A stretch of DNA of 64,000 nt, taken from the human T2T-CHM13v2.0 reference genome, Homo sapiens. Numbering within the stretch: the first letter of the stretch is position 1; the number at the start of each line of letters is the position of its first letter. This document shows, one piece after another, positions 46,146-60,649 of this stretch. The stretch lies in NCBI RefSeq assembly GCF_009914755.1, contig NC_060928.1. One strand, 5' to 3'. A model generated the notes under the pieces. The model did not search any database. It was not told the origin of the DNA and saw only the letters and a list, made by a program, of their open reading frames with translations. A program made the translations under genes and the position numbers.

Positions 46146-48777
46146 CAATGGAAAAAGTTACCTAAATCCCTAATAGAACAATATATTGCCATAAAGCAGA
46201 AAAAAAACAAAATTAATGAATTATTTCCCAATGCTATCAAGGAAATCAGCATTTCAACTCATTGAACATTAAGCATTAGTTGATCTGGTAAGTTTCTTAT
46301 GATACTACTTCATGTAACATCTTCACAATATCAACAACAAAAGCCCAGTTTTCCATTATAGTCCATAATTTCAGTATCAATACAAATTACATCTATGGAT
46401 TTCAACTGCCAAAATATCCAACATGTTTAGTATGGTGTCAGAAGATTCCGCACAGGAGTGCACTCCTATACCTACAAATACAGACTCCTAAACGATTCAT
46501 AGAAAACCAGATCTAAAAATGAAAAACCAAAATACTAAGATTTTACCTATCCAGTCTGTACAATATCCTCTCTCTGGGTTTAAGAGAAAGTTTTAAAGGA
46601 GGGTTTATCTTATTGTGAGATTGTTTCTGTATTATACTAGAGAGTGCAAAAATTCCATATGTCTGCATTTCAGCAGCTGCAATGCCTCACAAGAATTATT
46701 GCATTCCCCACCTATGGCTCCGATGATTCCTCAGGAAATGGAACTGAAAGCTCAAGATTCAATAGCTCCTAACCTCCAGATTTTATCTTTAAGACCCTAC
46801 ATATTTGACTCCAGTAAAGCCATTTCTTGCATATGGTCATCTCAAATCTGGATCAAATTTAAAACCCAGCACAGCTTGCATTGTTTTGATTATTGATATC
46901 CCCTGTCTTGGCTGATTCAGCAGAAACTGACTTCTTTTGTGTGGTTCCTCATCTGGAAGTGTGGCTGTCCTTGGTTTTAGGGTATCATAAATTGTTACTG
47001 TATTCTTGTTCTTTTTTGAAAGTTCACAGTTTTGGTAGTTAATATTACTTTTATAAAACTAGAATAACTTTTGTAAAATCTTTCTGTTTGATTTCTTCTT
47101 AACCTGTATTCAGAATTTCCACTTTACTTGTATAAAACTGTTCAATTATTAAAGTACTACAAACATATTTTATTTGGTAGTTTACAAATGAAGGAAATGA
47201 AGTATCATGAGGTCAACATTGAAATGGGCCAAAGCCACATAATTAAGGAAAGATGAAAAACACCCCAAATCCCAAGGTCTATGATCTAGGCCCAATCCTC
47301 CATGCCACACCCACTCCCCTGTTCCTGGTACTTGTGCAATAGTGTAGTCGGCTGATACTCGGCCAGTTTAAGGGCACTAGGTTTGAGTAAAACTTCAACA
47401 TTGTCTTTTTCTCTCTAAACAAAAGACAAATGTCTGTCTTGCAGTGAATTGGATCCAGATGAGATGACATTCCATGTCAGTTCTACTTTTTTTGAACACC
47501 CTGAGAGAGCTCTTATCAGGTTTCTGTAGAGATTTTTCTACCATAAATATCACTGTCTTATAACAATCATTTTCCAACAGGCTTTTGAGTGGCCCCTTAG
47601 GATGACAAAGGGAGATTCCATGAGAAGTCATGCTATACAATCTTGAAACTATTTCCACTAACTATAATTCTAAGAGGTATATGTTGGAATTTAAATCAAT
47701 GGCAGATTGATAACTGGAACATTCGTTCATTCATTGAATATATATTTACTGAGTGTCTACTATGTGCAAAGTACTATTCTAGCCTCTGGTAATATAGCAG
47801 AGAAGAAAACAAAAAAAAATCCCCAAATAGAGCATATATTCTATTGATCATCATCTGATGAAGATAATTTTACCAAGTAAAGATACTTCACTGCCAAAGC
47901 TGACTTCCATTACACATGGGACAGTTAATTAATACTACTGCAAAAATAGCAGTATATGAAGTTATACTGCCTAAAAAGCTAGTTTACATGTCCAGATGAT
48001 GGGGACAATTATGGATCCCCTGGACTTCAGAATGACATGGATCTTGAAGAGTACATACCCAAAGGATGATCAGCTCTTTTCAGCATTCTTGTCTCTGACA
48101 ACAGACTGCTAAAATAATAATCCCTAGCCTGAAATCACCTTGAGATTTTCTGCAATTGCTTCCAGCTTCCTAGGCTCTCTCTGTCTGTGTATCAATATTA
48201 TTGGCAAATGCTCTTATTATTCTGGTTGTTAACTTTTAGAGTCCTTTTCAAAAATTATCCACCAGCCTGCCACGGACTGTATGGTGCCCTTACTTGCCCT
48301 GTCTTTGAGTCCTTGCTGAAAGTCAAAAGCTCAGTTTCAACTCCACCTCGGAAGAGAAAGCTGACACAGCTCTGCACATCACATGGGCCCGTGCTGAGAG
48401 CCTGTCAGCGCTCCATTCTCCATGCTGCTCGAAATCAAGTACTATAAACCACTATTGCCCTTACCTTTTACAAGGTTATGTCATTAGATGAAAAAGACTG
48501 AGTGTAATCTTTCAGCGGCTGATACAAGAATACTTCTTGGGGAGAGCACTGTATCTGTAGGCACAATAGATTGGTAAAAGGATTGGGGTAAAAGACAAGA
48601 GGTGAGAAAGGGGAGAGAAAATCTAAGGGTGTGCTCAACCAACCCAACATGGACTTTACCCTGCCTTCTGAGGAGGTGAGTCATATTAGATGGAAGGCCC
48701 TTCATTCTGCTGAAATTAAGATATTTTCAGTAGGTATGGATGAGGGTCTGGAAGCTCTGAGTACAAAAGGAGTGAGG

Positions 48778-49100
48778 GGCCAGGTGCAGTGCCGCATGCC
48801 TGTAATCCCAGCACTTTGGAAGGCCGAGGCGGGCAGATCGCCTGAGGTCAGGGGTTCAAGACCAGCCTGGCCAACATGGTGAAACCCCATCTCTACTAAA
48901 AATACAAAAATTAGCTGGGCATAGAGACATGTACCTGTAATCTCAGCTACCCAGGAGGCGAGGCAAGAGAATCAATCGCTTGAACCTGGGAGGCGGAGGT
49001 TGCAGTGAGCCAAGATCATGCCACTGTGCTCCAGCCTAGGCAACAGAGGGAGACTCTGTCTCAAAAAATAAAATAAAATAAAAATGAAAATAAAAAATAA
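48778..49100 (+). mobile_element. AluSx-like
   Basis: Full dimer with (AAAAT)n tail; AGGAGTGAG on both flanks. Confidence 0.94.
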
Positions 49101-49345
49101 GAGGAGTGAGAATTCCCATGAGGAGAAAGGGGAGCTGGTGCTGCTGGGCACTGTGCTGGGGGAGAGAGAAATTTGAAAAGGTGGCTGAGTCTCCATTAGA
49201 AGTACAGTATTTCCATTTTTTGGAAAATAGAAATATCTAATGACGTATTTTAAGTTATTTCATGAGGAACTGGAGATATAACACACGCCTTCCTCCATCT
49301 GCAAGGCTTGTGTTGCCCTCTGATTTATGCACTCATTTCTTTAAC

Positions 49346-49452
49346 ATTCTGTATTATTACAGAATAACTATTATTCTGTATATTCTATAATAATTAATTA
49401 TTATAGAATAATTAATACTATTCTGTATTATGTATTTTTGAATACAGAATAG
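49346..49452. repeat. AT-rich cluster of inverted repeats including a perfect 30-bp palindrome (49381-49410)
   Basis: TATTCTATAATAATTAATTATTATAGAATA equals its own reverse complement; flanking TATTCTGTA/TACAGAATA hairpins. Confidence 0.93.
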
Positions 49453-50090
49453 CTCCCTTGCCTTGGGAAGCTTATACTCTAGAATGACAAACTATATCAA
49501 TAAGCATAATTTTAAAATTCTTATATAACACACAAGATGTTAATAAATGCTATGAAGAAGAGAGTACTGCAGGGTAAGGGAGGTATAGGGTATAGGAGTG
49601 GGGTAATAACATTAATATTATTAATATTGGCACCCAATATTAATTAGGGTGCCAGGGCAGGCCTCACTCAAACCTGACATTTGAGCAACAACTTGAAAGA
49701 GGTGAGGGAGTCTCAGGAAGATTCAAGGAAGAGCTAGTGCAAAGTTCCTCCGGCAAGAGTCTGCCCGGCAGGTGTCAGGATCAGCAAAAAGACCTGTGTG
49801 GCTAGAGTAGCATGAGCAGGGACCAAGCACAAGAATGAGGCCAAGCAGAAGGGAGGGTCCAAACACACAAGGCTCTGCAGGCCTTTGTAAGGACTTTGTA
49901 ACTTTAACACAAGAGTCATTACATGGTTTTCGGTAAAGAGTGGCATGATCTGACTGAAATTCTTAAAGGATTGCTCTGCCTATTGTGTTGGAAATAGACT
50001 CTAGGGGGACAAGGGAAGAAGTAGGGATAGCAGCTGGGAGTCTATTTATTGAGTAGCTGTGGAGGTACTGAGACATGAGTGGATGCTGGA
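49453..50090 (-). mobile_element. L2 fragment
   Basis: CTTGCCTTGGGAAGCTTATACTCTAG, GACATTTGAGCA, GGCATGATCTGACT motifs typical of reverse L2. Confidence 0.7.
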
Positions 50091-50093
50091 TGT

Positions 50094-50436
50094 ACAAGCC
50101 ATGTACCACGTAACAACATTTTTCTTAACAATGGACTACATATACAACAGTGGCCCCATAGGATTACAATACCAAATTTTTACTGTACCTTTTCTATGTG
50201 CAGATATGTTTACATACACAAATGCTTATTGTATTACAACTGCCTAGAGTATTCAGTACAGTAACATACTGTATAGGTTTGTAGCCTAAAAGCCATAGGC
50301 TGGACTGCATAGCCTGGACGTGTAGTAGGCTCTACATCTAGGTTCGTGTAAGTACACTCTGATGTTTGCACATGATGAAATCACCTACCAACACACTTCT
50401 TAGAATGTATACCCATCGTTAGGCAATATATGACTG
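50094..50436 (+). mobile_element. Tigger3a (MER7A)-like DNA transposon
   Basis: CATATACAACAGTGGCCCCATAGGATTACAATACC...TTTTACTGTACC ... CATCGTTAGGCAATATATGACTG. Confidence 0.85.
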
Positions 50437-53146
50437 ACAGTACTAACTTCTGACTATAGGTTGGCTCAGGTCAAATAAACAATGACCATCCTTGAATATC
50501 TAGGAGCTTGGGAAATTTCAAACTTTCTTTTGAAAACAGAGTATCATCCACATCAAGAATATACTTACAATCTAAAAATGAATTCAATCTATGTCTTTCT
50601 GTCCCTCTAATCCCATCATTAAATGTGGCTTCCTCAGAAGTATCTGTGTTCCAAGCTAAGCAATCCTTCTCACTCTCTTCTTAGACATCTATTAAATGCA
50701 GGGCAGGCACTACACTAACCACTCCTAATAGTGCCAGTGCCCAAGACCATCAAAATTGCAGTCTTCTTTAAAAAAACTGTTTTATTATAGCTCACATAAT
50801 TTATATTCACAGAAGATTTCCGTTTGCTGATTGTCTCTCTCTCCCTTCTAGAATGCAATTTCCTTGAAGAAAGGCATTTTATCAGTTTTTCTTACTGCTA
50901 TACCCTGAGTCTAGAATAGAACTGACACATTATACGTGCAAGTTAGATATCTGTTGGATAAATAAATGAAGACTGAGAATATGAGGTGTCTATGGAGCAT
51001 GAATAAATGATCGTTCCTATTTATTGGCTCTCAATGGCAATGAATATCTTACAACTTATTATTTACATTGCTAGGAGAATAAACTACTGATGCAGGAATA
51101 AAAATCCCTTTGTGTTACAGTGTGATGCTCACTCAAGCCTGCAGACACATCTGGTTTATGAGTGGCATTTGCTCTTAGTAGGACAACAGATGGCCCTTCT
51201 GCGGAAAATAATCTTCCCCACTGGCCTGTGATGATGTGTCTAACATTCCACCCCTGACACCCACATTACCCACACTTTGGGTTAAAATGGTAGGTTTTAG
51301 AAGAACTCTAGGTTAGCAAGGAAAGGGGCTTTGGGGCCACATCATGGATTAAAGGGGTGTATTCAGTTTCCTACTCCATTTCAACCAAAGAGCTCTACTG
51401 TTGGCTGCTTTATACACATGAGTCCATGGAAAATTTTCTTTGAAAATGGGCTTTTGTTGTCAAAAACAAGTTTGAAAACTCCTTCACCCTTAAGATTTTC
51501 TGTTCAGTTGAACACTTAGTTCTGAATGTAATTATAGACTGTTTAGCTTTATGTTATCATTAGCTTTTCATTGTACTTAGACTTGAGAAATGAAACATAG
51601 AATGAGTGACTTTTAGGGGTAGAGGGGGACTCAGGAAAGGTATAGAACATGAAGACTCAGAGTAAGAAGTGACACCTGGACCCACAAATGAGCTCAGAAT
51701 AGCCCTGCTTGAAGGTGTACAGTGTGTGGATTCAACGCTGTTACATCAGGGTACAAGAAAAGCCACAATATTTTCTTAAAGTAAATTCATACTTCCCCAC
51801 TCAAAAAGCTGATGAGAAAGATCTTTCAGGCATATTTTGCAGGGATCTCTCCCTCCTTAGGATGGTACAAGGATGCAAGGGGCTTACATGGAACCTGGAA
51901 GAACGAAGGAAGGACTTCTAGCTTTCATTCCTCAGAGAACTGCCAGAGGCTCATGGCCTCTAAGTCCTCAAGTGAGTGCTAGACAGAACGCGCCATTGTG
52001 TCTGTGCCAAGCCAGGGTACAGGGCCATGGTCCCCAGGGTCCAGCTTTCCTGGCTGCCCCACACAGCCATTCCTTTTGGAGGTCCAGCCTCTTCTACAAG
52101 CACGTGAGCACTGGTCTCTGCTATATAATGGGAAGGCCATCCTACATCCCCCTGCTTCCTCCTCCACCCTCCAGACATTTCTCTCCATGCCACTCAACCT
52201 GGGTGACCCAACACAATCTCTGCTCAGTCCTTCCCTCCTCAATGCTGCTTTCCCTTTCCGGAGGCTGCAGAGATGAAAACACACTTTTTTTTGTTTTGTC
52301 TTCTTAGTAGATGGTGCTATTATACTGATGTTTCCTTCACTACTGAGAATGCAAAGGTCTCCATTAGTACCTTTTAACTTACACATTTTTGGTGAAAAGT
52401 AGCATATGATAGGTGGTTGGTAAATGCCTGCTGAATAAATGCACTTAAGGAGCTCTTAACATCAATATTCTAAAAAAGGCAATGTCATGGTGACATCTTC
52501 TTTTATGGGCTGTAGGCTTCACCTTGCTGCAAAGACAAGGTAAAATCAGCCCCTTGACAACAATACAACTCTTTCATTCAACGTCCCTTGGTGTCATTTA
52601 TATATCTTTTAATTAGTGAGAAACTGTCTCTGTCAAACAAATGTTCAGAGAAAATCCCAAACAACTCCTGAAATTAAGTCAACTCATTGGTTCATTTTTT
52701 TCCTTTGAAATAAAGCTATGCTTTGATTCAATGAAAACTTTGCCATCTGGCCTTCAGCTTAAATTCCTAAAAATAAGAGCTAAGTATACTTATTGCCTGC
52801 CTGATAGCATGATGGAAGAGCTATTACTCTATAAAAAAAAATTAGTCATCATAACATTTTCTAAAACATTGTCAAGAAACAACAGAATAGATCTGTAACT
52901 GGTGGCACTTTGATAGGAGAGAGAATGTAAATAGAATTTAGAAAGCATTTCCATGTCATCATTCAACATTTCAAGTACAGTCACAGTAAAAAATCCTACC
53001 CAGTAGATTTTAAATCTAATTTAAAAAGTAGAAAGTTTTTTTTAAAAGGCAGAGTAAAAAGCAGGAAGCTAAGCTTTATGATCAGAGACTGCCAGAAACT
53101 GAAGGCCAAGCAGAAATCTAAAGAATCTTAATTACATTTCAATTTT

Positions 53147-53184
53147 GGAAGGAAGGAAGGAAGGGCGGGAGGGAGGGGTGAGGG
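53147..53184 (+). repeat. (GGAA)n tract followed by a G-quadruplex motif
   Basis: GGAAGGAAGGAAGGAAGGGCGGGAGGGAGGGGTGAGGG. Confidence 0.85.
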
Positions 53185-54258
53185 AGAAGTCCTAAATATG
53201 ACCTGGAAGCATTTTTTTTAAATCGTTGGAAAACAAGATGTACATCATGATTCTGTTATTTATCATTTCCTGAACAGAAGTGCAGTAACATAATTTCAAA
53301 TTTCTAAAAAACATGGGCAATTTTTAAACTTTTTTGCTTATTATCTATCTGCCTCTCAATGAGACAGACAGATGTTTCTAAATTCAAAGATAATTTCTCA
53401 TTTAGGTTTCTTGGGAGGTGCTACCTTCCGAATTTGTTTTAGGAAATAAACACTTAGTTTCTTTAAAAAAATTGTGTTTAATAATACTTTAATATATTTT
53501 TGAGACTTTCCTCCAATTATAAGGCTGTTTCAAGTGACATTTTGCATTTATTCACTATGAATCATAAAATGATAGCAATGGAACAACATATAAACTACTT
53601 CTGACAAATTTTAAACAAATACAGGATGGTTTCTATAAAAGAGTTAAATGATTGCATATAAATCTAAGAAAAATAAAGGAGATAAATTTTATTTGGAAAG
53701 AAAATAGTCTCTTGCATACATATGGTAGTATCTGAAAAGCTATATATATATTAGTATTTTTTCTAGACCTTTTTTAAATGTGTAACTCAGTCACAACGTT
53801 TATGGAAAGACTTAGGACAAACATAAACAAAGAAAAATCATCAGTTTGAAGAGCCATCCCATGGTATTTTTCTTATTCGTTGGGCTATACTGTACAAATT
53901 GAACAAATTTCATTTTACAAGTTAACAATTTGTGGACTTCATTCCAACTCTAACCAAACTTATTTTTAATCACAGTTTCTTTTAGTCCATTTTATGTATT
54001 GGCTATTTAAAAGCTAAAATAAATTGCCTATGACTTTACAATATTATGTATCCTGAGAACCAGAAATAGAAAAAAAACATACTTCTTTCAAATTTACAGT
54101 GAAAAGAACTTTGAAAAATATCTTTCAAAAACAGATTACGGTTCTACCCTAATGTCTAAAAATTCACTTCCAATCCCATGAAGAATGTATTGCATCACTT
54201 TCCTACCTACTCTCTATTGTTGATTACCATAACTTGACTATTTCAAAGCATTAGCATT

Positions 54259-54394
54259 CTTTTTTTTTCTTTTTTTTATTATACTTTAAGTTCTGGGATA
54301 CATGTGCAGAACGTGCAGGTTTGTTACATAGGTATACACATGCCATGGTGGTGTGCTGCACCCATCAACCCGTCATCTACATTAGGTATTTCTC
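54259..54394 (-). mobile_element. Severely 5'-truncated primate L1PA (L1PA7/8-like) 3' end
   Basis: TTATTATACTTTAAGTTCTGGGATACATGTGCAGAACGTGCAGG...; 12-bp TSD AGCATTAGCATT at 54247-54258 and 54395-54406. Confidence 0.93.
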
Positions 54395-54869
54395 AGCATT
54401 AGCATTTTTAAAAATCCACTGATCTTCAGGATATTGGTACTGTAGGACCTCAACTATCTTCCGGATTGGATAACCAGCGGTTGGATGCCAAGATTCTGAA
54501 GCCCTAGGTCAGCACTCCGCTGGAGCCCCTCCTATACTCTCCATTCCCTTCACTCACCACATAAACCCCACCCACCAGCTCCCATGCAGCAGCCGGTAGT
54601 GACAGCACATATTCACTGGGTCAAGGTAGAATTGGGAAAACCTAGCTACTTCTGAACATCTGACCCTTCATGCTTAAACTACCCCAGAATAATCAGATAA
54701 CTTCCATTCTGAACACTACCATAATTAAGAGAAAAAAGTTAATGGTGAGGAAATGAGTTCATAAACACCCTGATATCCACACTAATACTGAATCTACAGA
54801 CCAGAAAAGAAACTATTCACAATCATGACCTGAGATAGGAAAATAAAGGTAATCTTGTAGAAAAGCAGA

Positions 54870-55010
54870 GATTGGTATTTAAACTTACACTATCTGCGCT
54901 GCTTTGGCGAATTACTTAACTTTTCTGAGCTTCAGTTTCCTTACCTGAATCCCACCTACTTTGGGATCGTCTCTGAGTATATTAATCAGTAATGGACATA
55001 AAGTGCCGAG
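54870..55010. mobile_element. MIR fragment
   Basis: TTACTTAACTTTTCTGAGCTTCAGTTTCCTTACCTG core. Confidence 0.75.
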
Positions 55011-57680
55011 CACCAAATCAGGTAAGGCCCAGTATGTTCTGTTTACTAAGGCTGGGAAGTGTACAACTCACCTCTGAAAGATCGCCATCTCAAACTATTG
55101 AAAAACGCCTTTTGCTTAAAGGGTTAACCTGCAGTTAAGCTGAGGTCCTAACCCCCAAACTTATGGATATAGCATATCTACTTAGACTTGGAAGGTAGGG
55201 GCACCTGGGTTCTTTGAAACAACCCAGATAACTGGAGGAGAAAGTGGTCTCAAGTGATCAACACACACAGGCATTAATACAACAACATCTAGGAACAGAA
55301 TTATTTAATACGAACTTCTCTTTGGCTCATAAACAGAAAAGGAAGTCAATTGCTTCAGGAAAGTTGATTTTCACTGTTTAATCGTTTGTGTCCTGTTAAA
55401 TGATTTACACGCTGGTGGAACACAGAGGTCTCTGGATTCTTTCTCCCAGGCTCCTCCGCTTTTCTACTACCGCATGCCTTTCACAGCACACTACATAAAA
55501 TCTCTCTCAGTATCCCTAGTTACCAGGATTGCATATAACAAAGCCACACAGACTAAACCTAACAGGGGAAAAAAAAATTAACCTTGCGTAAAACTAAATA
55601 CAAGCACAATTTAATTAACTCGCATTCCAGAGTCATAGCTCCCAATTTGCTAAGTCTAGAGGATTGGTTACACAACATCCAAGCACTCAGCAGGGAGGGG
55701 AGAAAAACTGCTAAAATGTTTCCAGAATCTTCACAGGACTCACATGTTCTTTTATACTGGTAAACAGGAATGATGGCCCCTGTGAACAATCTATAGCCAT
55801 CCAATCAAGGAGACAGAACGAGCCAGGGCAATAAGGGGTAAGAGGTTCAAAGAGGTTGAAGTTTCAGGAGAGACTACAGGGGAAGAAATGTACAGAAAAT
55901 ATCTGGCCTTAAGATTAGCCCTGAGTCAAGCAGAGAATGGTCTACTTTATCCATAAAGAGGGAACGCATTGAGCAGATAACGGGAAGTCAAAAACTGTGC
56001 TCCTATTCCTATGAACTCTCATTGCTGCAATTTGAGCAGATACAGAGTCTCCTCTAAAAACACGCTATCGATCAACTGAATATGCTTAACCCCGAGAGGT
56101 TTCATAACATGAAGATATGTCAGTGGTGGAGGGTGTGGGAGGAGGGGCTGAACTCAGAATACAGGTGATACTTCTGAGAGAAGGTTCATTTTTTTCCACT
56201 TGACAAAAGGGTAGGACACGTGCAGTTCCCAAGCCATATCACACGATGGCAGCCATACTCAGCACGTAGTCGCTGTGAGGCACACACAGGGAAGAATTCA
56301 GCCTGATCCCCTCAACTGGTGAGAGGCATGGCGACCCAGTGGATTTCAGCTAAGAGATATCTTTTCTGAAGGGCATACTTGGCTTGTGATTGCGACTGAG
56401 TAAATCTGAAATAATGAAATCCCACTTCTACCAATGATTACTTAAGGTAAGTGAAAGCCCTTCACAGTTTATGCCTACTCCTACTGTTTGCACACATTTC
56501 TACTGCTTTTTTTCCCCCTGACTGGTTTATCAGAGCTCCTTGTGTTGCAATTATTTTCTCCCAGTGTTTCCTGTATTTGTCTTTTAAATCTATAGCTTCT
56601 TCAGCTACATGAAAGTTTTGCAAACGTGAAGTCTAACATGTCAGTCTTTATGGTTTACGTCTTCATAAACCATGCTTATATTTGTGATAGAACAAAAACT
56701 CTGTGAGGGCAGTGAATTTTACCTGTTTGGTTTCTTGCTGTGGCTGAAGGACCCAGAAGAGTGACAAGTGTAGAGCATGAACTAAATAAACTTTGCATTC
56801 ACCTAGAGCCTTTCTAAAGCAGATGGAAAATACTACTGCCAAAATTAAGAGATACATTCTGGCCACAATACACCAAAAACAGGCCACAAGATAGAGAAAC
56901 TAGGTCAGATTTCCTAATAGTCAAAACTGATTTCGACGTGGCCATAGGGGGAGGAGACAGATTGATCAATCGGTTGATTTTTGTTAAAATAATCAAGCTT
57001 CCCAAAAGCCATAGTCAAAATGAAAAATACGTAGCCTGACCTCTCAAAATGCTTTCCAGATTCAAATTTCAGCAAAAGGGAAAGAAATTTATTAACTGCT
57101 TTGAAGCCAGTACCTTTCTTAACACCTACCACAAGAGGGAGACCACATCATAAATTCAAGCACACGGCCCGTAAAATATTTGTGAAGTGCCCCCCGTGTG
57201 TAACAGTATTTGAAAACCATCCTATTTCATGTGTTTTCAGTATTTATTTTAAAACAAAATCATAGCTCTTTTAAAAATCATTTTGCATTTTACATGCCAA
57301 CACAAAAATATGAATCCTCATAAACCAATAACTATGTTATTTGTGCATTTATTTTAGAATTTGCTTTTTACATTCTTATAATAAACAATAACTTCAGAAA
57401 TTCAGTTTTTACTCAGCCAGTTTTGTTTCAAATGGCTTTTTATACATTTTTACTACTAATTTGTACATAATGTGATTTCTGTGGATGCTGAATGGATTTT
57501 TCAGCAGGTGATCTCATTACAAGATAATCTCATTACAAATCCCTGTTAGAATTTCTCACCGTGGTATCCAGATTGAAATGAAATTCTTCACAGCTGTAGA
57601 AAAGTTCTTCCGAAATTTGTTGGTATCATAAGCTCTAAACTGCTCTACTCTATGGACCTTCAAGAAAACTACCAACTTTT

Positions 57681-58628
<948 letters not shown>

Positions 58629-59475
58629 GAAAACTACCAACTTTTCTCAGCAACTATCCTATGAAAATTTTGTGACAGTCATTTCAAGACTGCTTAAAAG
58701 TAGACAGAACAGGAGGCCAAAAACTTCATAAAATGTGGTATAATTCGAAGGAATCCTGGGAGGTCTCTCTGCTTAAAATATTTCCCAGCTGAAATTCCTC
58801 ACTGTGAATCCCACTCGTTTAACTTAAGCCAAAAGTCCTCAATTAAAAGCCAATTCCTAAGGACTCCTCTATCTTGCAACTAACCAAGATTTCCAGAGGC
58901 TCTCCACAAAAGGCACAGTCCTGGACATGGCAAAACTACAGGACCTTAAGAGATGAAGCCATTATCAGTGATTAATACCTCAGCAGATAGCACTTAATAT
59001 ATTCATCTTCTTTATTTCTACTTTTTAAAAGACATTAGAGAATTTAGATGAGAAAATAGGAAAGGGTGGCATCTAAAGAATGGGGCCCTGGTGAGAATAT
59101 ACCTGGGTATGTACTGACCCTACAGGACCAGGGGTCAGTGTGGGGTTAGCAGGGGCTAAAGAAGAGGGGAGTAGTAAATTACAAGGGAGTAAGAGTGGAG
59201 GGAAGTCCTTTGCCATGCTAAGAGCCAGGCATCCATGATCCTTTTAAAGCTAATACTTATCTGGTGCTTTCTCTTCACAGTATATGTGTTAAAGACTTTA
59301 CCTTCATTTTTCCATAGAACACATTCAAGAGGTGATAACCTCGTTGACTAGAGGATGAAACTAAAGCTCCAGTTACTTTCCCCATAAAATAGCTAATAGG
59401 TGGTGGAGCTACATATCAGAATCTAAGCAGTTTGACTCCAGAGTTCATGCTGTTAATATCAATGCTCAAGAGGGC

Positions 59476-59934
59476 CGTATTAGTTTCCTATTGCTGCCAT
59501 AAAAATTTGCCACAAATTGGGTGGCTGAAAACGACAGAAATTTATTCTCCCACAATGCTGGAAGTCAAAAGTCCAACAGGGGTCTCACTGGGATAAAATC
59601 AAGGTGTTGGCAAAGCTGTCTTCTAGAGGCATCCCTCATTTCTTGGCACATGGATCCCCTTTGTCTTCAAAGCCAGTAACATGGCAGTTGTTTGATCTTA
59701 GGGCTGTCATCACATCTCCTTCTCTGACTCTCCTCTTCTGCCTACCTTTTTAAAGATGCTTGTGACTGCATTGAGCCTAATGAGATAATTCAGAATTCCC
59801 CTATTTGAAGGTCAGATGAGGAGCACCCTTATTTCCATCTTCAACTTCAATTTCCATTGCCACATAACCTAATTACAGGTCCCAGGATTTAGGACATGGA
59901 CATCTTTGGGGGGGTCATTATTCTCCCTACCACA
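59476..59934 (-). mobile_element. MLT1 (D/E-like) solo LTR
   Basis: GTATTAGTTTCCTATTGCTGCCATAA...CAGAAATTTATTCTC ... GGACATCTTTGGGGGGGTCATTATTCTCCCTACCACA. Confidence 0.85.
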
Positions 59935-60590
59935 GGTGCCTTAATATCTTATTCATTTTTTATGTGCCTCTGGGTTCCATACCAACAACCACCTGCAAAT
60001 GGCTGACTCAAGCAAGTGTGCCTTCTCTCCCACCTGCTGACTGCCCTCTTCTTCCCTCCTATTGCCTTTGTCAGAAATGCTGCAGCCTGGAATCTTTCTC
60101 TAGTCGAAATCTTTGGCTCTGGTCTTATTTCGCTCATTTCTCCTACAGCGAGGAGCCAAGGTGGCAGCCATCTTGGCCATGCAAGATCAGTGGGAGGAGA
60201 ACTGCTGTTAGATCCTACTCCTGTAATGAGAATGTTCAAAAGACTGGGGAATAATACTCTAAAATGTAAATAAATCTGACATCAGGCCTTGGTTCAACCA
60301 AGTGTTCCCTGTGCTTTTGTAGCTATCAGCTACAAGTGCTTGTGACTTTCCCAGGAAGCAAAAGCTGAGCAAGAAACAGAAGAGGGCAATGGCCTGACGA
60401 GGAGCTTAGCCTTGACTTCCCTCCCTTTCCATTTGTCGTTAACAACCCAAATCTCTTTGAAACCTCAAAAGAGCAATATATTTCAGGACAAAAAATAAGG
60501 TAGGAGATGTCATATTGTTCTGCAGCAGACATAGAAAAGACAGCAAAGAGGCAGTTGCAGAAAGCTGAACAGATAGATAAATCCTTCAGC

Positions 60591-60618
60591 CAGGGCTGGC
60601 TACATAATTTGCAGTACT

Positions 60619-60649
<31 letters not shown>

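Noticed and set aside
51873-52386. Overlapping 135-144 aa ORFs on both strands
   Set aside because: A locally GC-richer patch with no recognisable domain, splice structure or homology.
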